Positions 61,061-64,000 of a stretch of 64,000 nucleotides of DNA are shown here, piece by piece. The notes below the pieces were generated by a model. The model ran no database searches. It worked only from the letters and a program-made list of their open reading frames with translations, and was not told the origin of the DNA. The stretch comes from Polyangiales bacterium (GTDB lineage Bacteria > Myxococcota_A > Polyangia > Polyangiales > Polyangiaceae): positions 1-64,000 of the forward strand of contig JBBRNJ010000048.1 in NCBI GenBank assembly GCA_038230375.1, written 5' to 3'. Both the position numbers and the translations under genes were made by a program. The stretch's first letter is position 1. Every line of letters begins with the position of its first letter.

Positions 61061-61780
61061 TCAGGACACGCCGATGAGGACGCGGACCTCCGCGAGCGGC
61101 TTCGCCCAGTGATCCTCCCAGCGAAACGTCGCAAGGCGACGCGAGCGGAGGCCCAGACGGTACGCGTGCCGCACCTTCGCGTAGTGGCGCGGACGAAGCG
61201 CGAAGTAGCGCGCCGTGCCGACGCTGGTGATCAGCGCCGCGCTCGGCGCACGCGTCTGACCGAAGGTGAACGCCTGCAGGAGGATCTCGCCCTCTACATT
61301 GGGGCGGTAGCCGGTGACCACGTGCCACAGATCGTGCGTCTGACGCAGGCGCATGACGAGATAGGCCGCGCGCTCATCGCCGACCTCTGGCATGTCGCAG
61401 AAGACGTCCGGAGTGATCCCGTTGTCGGTGAGGAAGCGGATGTATTCACGCCCCAGCGTCCCGTCGGGCAGATTGCGGAGCGCTTCCAGATCGACGGAGG
61501 CACTGTCGATGCGCGGGCGCTCGGCGAAGAGCGCCTTCCCTTCCTCCGTCTCCCCGAGCTCGCGCACGCCGCGGCGCGCGGTTCCCAGGTTCACCGAGAC
61601 GTTGAGCGCGAGCACCTGGTCGAGCCGACTTGAGTCACGCGACAGCGTGTAGATCGCACGTGCAGCTGTCCGCGCACGCTTGAGCGGCGACGGAACGGGT
61701 GACTGGGCCGGAGGGCTCCCGCCCGTGTGGGAGACGGCGGAACGGCTGGCTTCGTGGCTGGGCGTGGCTGCAAGGGACAT
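61061..61780 (-). CDS. Coq4 family protein
   Basis: L..LPDGTLGREY, R.RQTHDLWHVVTGY....GE motif; GAGG RBS. Confidence 0.85.
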   Translation of the reverse strand: MSLAATPSHEASRSAVSHTGGSPPAQSPVPSPLKRARTAARAIYTLSRDSSRLDQVLALNVSVNLGTARRGVRELGETEEGKALFAERPRIDSASVDLEALRNLPDGTLGREYIRFLTDNGITPDVFCDMPEVGDERAAYLVMRLRQTHDLWHVVTGYRPNVEGEILLQAFTFGQTRAPSAALITSVGTARYFALRPRHYAKVRHAYRLGLRSRRLATFRWEDHWAKPLAEVRVLIGVS

Positions 61781-61795
61781 GATCTTCACCTCGTT

Positions 61796-61846
61796 ATTGG
61801 CAAGTCTGACAATAGCGCCGGTCTCGCTATTGTCAATGTTGCCAAT
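61796..61846. promoter_or_regulatory. Paired 18-bp pseudo-palindromic operators (putative TetR sites)
   Basis: ATTGGCAAGTCTGACAAT (61796-813) and ATTGTCAATGTTGCCAAT (61829-846); perfect inverted repeat TGACAATAGCG/CGCTATTGTCA. Confidence 0.7.
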
Positions 61847-61879
61847 TGTAAAAAAGGCTCGCGACGGTAGAGTCCTTGG

Positions 61880-62539
61880 ATGGCCAGGACCGAAGCCCCG
61901 AAGCGGACGAAGGCTGTGACGCCGAAGAAGCGGGTGCGGCGAACGCCGGAGGACGCACGCGCGCTCATCCTGGACGCGGCCGAGGGCGTGTTCCGCGCGA
62001 GGCTGCCCGATGCGGTGGGCCTGGTTGACGTGGCGCGCGCTGCGGGCGTCAGCCATGCGCTGATCACGCACTACTTCGGTACATACGAGGCGCTCGTGGA
62101 GGCCGCGCTCGAGCGGCGGGTAGGCGTGGTCCGCGAGCAGCTCGTTGCCGCCGCCGTGAAGGGGTTCTCCGATCAGGCGGACACCGGCTCGCTCCTCGTC
62201 CAGTACCGGGAGGCGCTCGCAAGCGCGGTCACGGATCCGGTGACCGTGCGCCTTGCGGTCTGGGCCGTCCTCTCGGGTCGCTCGACCGCGGCCGACTTCT
62301 TCCCGGCAAGGGGCCAGGGTCTCCGCGTCTTCGCAGACATGATCGTGGCAAGAGAGGGCCCCACGACCAGCAGAGAAAGAGTCGAGTTCGCCCTGGTCAC
62401 GTCGTTCTCGATGATCGTGACGTGGTCCCTGGGAAAGAAGGCGCTGCTCGCGGCGATGGGAAAGAAGCCAGGAAGCGAGACGGACGAGTGGTTCGAAGAA
62501 GAGCTGGGAAAGATGCTGAGGGCCTACCTGAAGGGCTGA
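61880..62539 (+). CDS. TetR/AcrR family regulator
   Basis: RALILDAA..F....VARAAGVSHALITHYFGT.EAL. Confidence 0.92.
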   Translation: MARTEAPKRTKAVTPKKRVRRTPEDARALILDAAEGVFRARLPDAVGLVDVARAAGVSHALITHYFGTYEALVEAALERRVGVVREQLVAAAVKGFSDQADTGSLLVQYREALASAVTDPVTVRLAVWAVLSGRSTAADFFPARGQGLRVFADMIVAREGPTTSRERVEFALVTSFSMIVTWSLGKKALLAAMGKKPGSETDEWFEEELGKMLRAYLKG

Positions 62540-62543
62540 GGGA

Positions 62544-62710
62544 CGACTTCGACTTCGACACCGACACGGACCTCGACATCGACTTCGACACCGACACGGA
62601 CCTCGACTTCGACTTCGACACCGACACGGACCTCGACTTCGACTTCGACTTCGACTTCGACACGGACATCGACCTCGACCTCGACTTCGACTTCGACTTT
62701 GACTTCGACC
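62544..62710. repeat. Intergenic hexamer-period array with 30-bp higher-order unit x3
   Basis: GACTTCGACACCGACACGGACCTCGACWTC at 62551, 62581 and 62611, then (GACYTC)n. Confidence 0.95.
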
Positions 62711-62743
62711 CTTTTCTTCCGACGTGAACGGGACGGGGTGGGC

Positions 62744-63835
62744 CTACTTCTTCTCCTTCTTCTCCCTCAGCTCCTGCAGGACTCCCCTCATATCGTCCGG
62801 CATCGGGTCCTTGAAGATCATCTCTTGCTGCGTCTTTGGGTGCACGAAACCTAGCTCCGTCGCGTGCAGCATCAGCCGCGGCGCGTACAGGCGCTCGCCC
62901 TTGTAGTTCCTGATGTACACACGCTCGCCCGCCAGCGGGTGTCCCGACTCCGAGAGGTGGACCCTGATCTGGTGCGTTCGTCCGGTCTCCAGGATGCACA
63001 CGACGAGCGCAGCCCCCGGCAGCTCCTCCTCCACCGTGATGTGCGTGATGGCGAGCTGCGAGCCTTCCTTGCTCTTCAGTCGGTTCACCTCGACCGAGCC
63101 ACGCAGACCGTCGCCGCGGTTCTCGACCAGGTGAGTCTTGAACGTGCCGGTACGCGGGTGCCCATGCACGAGCGCGATGTAGCGCCTTCGCACCGAGTGC
63201 TCGCGGAACTGCTGTGTGAGCGACTCCTTCGCGAGCCACGTGCGCGTGAACACGACCAGGCCCGAGGTCTCCTTGTCGATGCGATGCACCACGCCGAGCG
63301 ACGGCCGCCCGCGCTCGCCGAATTTCTTGGCGAGGAACATGCGCACGCGCTCGTCCAGCGTGCCCGTCTCGTTCTCGTCGAACGGGATGGTGCTGATGCC
63401 CGCTGGCTTGCGCACGACAACGACATGCGTGTCCACGTGGATGATCGCGCCTTCGGGGAGGTCGGTCTCGGGCCTTGGTCGGCGCGCGTTCTCCGTGAAG
63501 GTTATCGTGTTGCCGATCTTCACGCGGGCGAGGATGTTGGTCGTCACGACCCCGTTGACCGCGATCTTCCCGGTCTCCACGTACCCTCGCGCCGCATTCC
63601 AGGAGATGCCGAGCACCTCGCGGACGACAGCGTCCAGGCGTTCGCCGAAGAGCGCCTCGGGCACTTCCTGCGCGACACCCGATACGGCCTGCGCTGCGAT
63701 CGGGCGCGCGGGGCGGGCCGGACCCACCGTAGGTGCGTTGGCAGTACCGGGAGGAGGAGGACCGGGCGGTGCGCGCGGCGCCGGTTTGGGCGAATTGCGC
63801 TTCCCGTTCCCTTTAGTTAACCGTTTCCTTGACAT
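62744..63835 (-). CDS. RluA/RluD-family pseudouridine synthase with S4 domain
   Basis: RLD, KPAG, VHRIDKETSGL, LETGRTHQIRVH, LMLHA. Confidence 0.92.
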   Translation of the reverse strand: MSRKRLTKGNGKRNSPKPAPRAPPGPPPPGTANAPTVGPARPARPIAAQAVSGVAQEVPEALFGERLDAVVREVLGISWNAARGYVETGKIAVNGVVTTNILARVKIGNTITFTENARRPRPETDLPEGAIIHVDTHVVVVRKPAGISTIPFDENETGTLDERVRMFLAKKFGERGRPSLGVVHRIDKETSGLVVFTRTWLAKESLTQQFREHSVRRRYIALVHGHPRTGTFKTHLVENRGDGLRGSVEVNRLKSKEGSQLAITHITVEEELPGAALVVCILETGRTHQIRVHLSESGHPLAGERVYIRNYKGERLYAPRLMLHATELGFVHPKTQQEMIFKDPMPDDMRGVLQELREKKEKK

Positions 63836-63926
63836 AGGACCCCGTGGCTCGCGACAATTGCGCACCCTACATGCGTTTCGCCGACCGTGGTGAGCGCGTT
63901 TAAGAACAAGACCGAGGAGCCCCGTC

Positions 63927-64000
63927 GTGCCGAAAACCCTGCTCGCCGTCGATGACAGCGTCACGATGCGCAAAGCCCTGGAGATCACCTTCTCAGCCGA
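63927..64000 (+). CDS. 5' fragment of a receiver-domain protein (RomR-like N-terminus); runs off the window
   Basis: GAGGAG RBS, then GTG-PKTLLAVDDSVTMRKALEITFSA. Confidence 0.7.
   Translation, partial: MPKTLLAVDDSVTMRKALEITFSA

Noticed and set aside
62422..62727. ORFs encoding (DF/DL/DT)n, (VE)n or (SR/SK)n over the arrays (also 26571-27122, 26700-27083, 59314-59754)
   Set aside because: Stop-free alternative frames of the repeat, overlapping better-supported genes.

Overview
High-GC, gene-dense chromosomal window. It is most likely from a myxobacterium (Polyangiales-like), inferred from the PilB/PilT, SgmX-like and RomR-like genes, caspase/ECF module, FHA/kinase pair and Cys-rich lipoproteins. 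I found no rRNA, tRNA, CRISPR array, transposase or phage genes. Housekeeping genes include pilB, pilT, moeB, dtd, pdxA, tldD, lpxA, lpxD, skp, hrcA, an RluA-family synthase, an RNB exoribonuclease and an M32 carboxypeptidase. Five things stand out. (1) A dispersed family of 6-nt-period (GAC-nnn)n arrays (five clear, one degenerate) lies inside genes or starts at stop codons. (2) Around these arrays there is a strand-symmetric compositional halo, with A-ending codons on the left and T-ending codons on the right (+ strand), suggesting local strand-biased mutagenesis. (3) At the left edge a Zn-ribbon/lipoprotein-like ORF with an LYG motif is translationally coupled to the start of a probable radical-SAM (splicease-like) gene. 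(4) An 8-gene divergent polyamine locus encodes SpeE, SpeD, two DUF4178 proteins, DUF350, an orphan SpeE membrane domain, an exported flavoenzyme and a membrane protein. (5) A caspase/beta-barrel, lipoprotein, ECF sigma, anti-sigma operon. All family calls come from motif recognition by eye and codon counts were done by hand; no searches were run.
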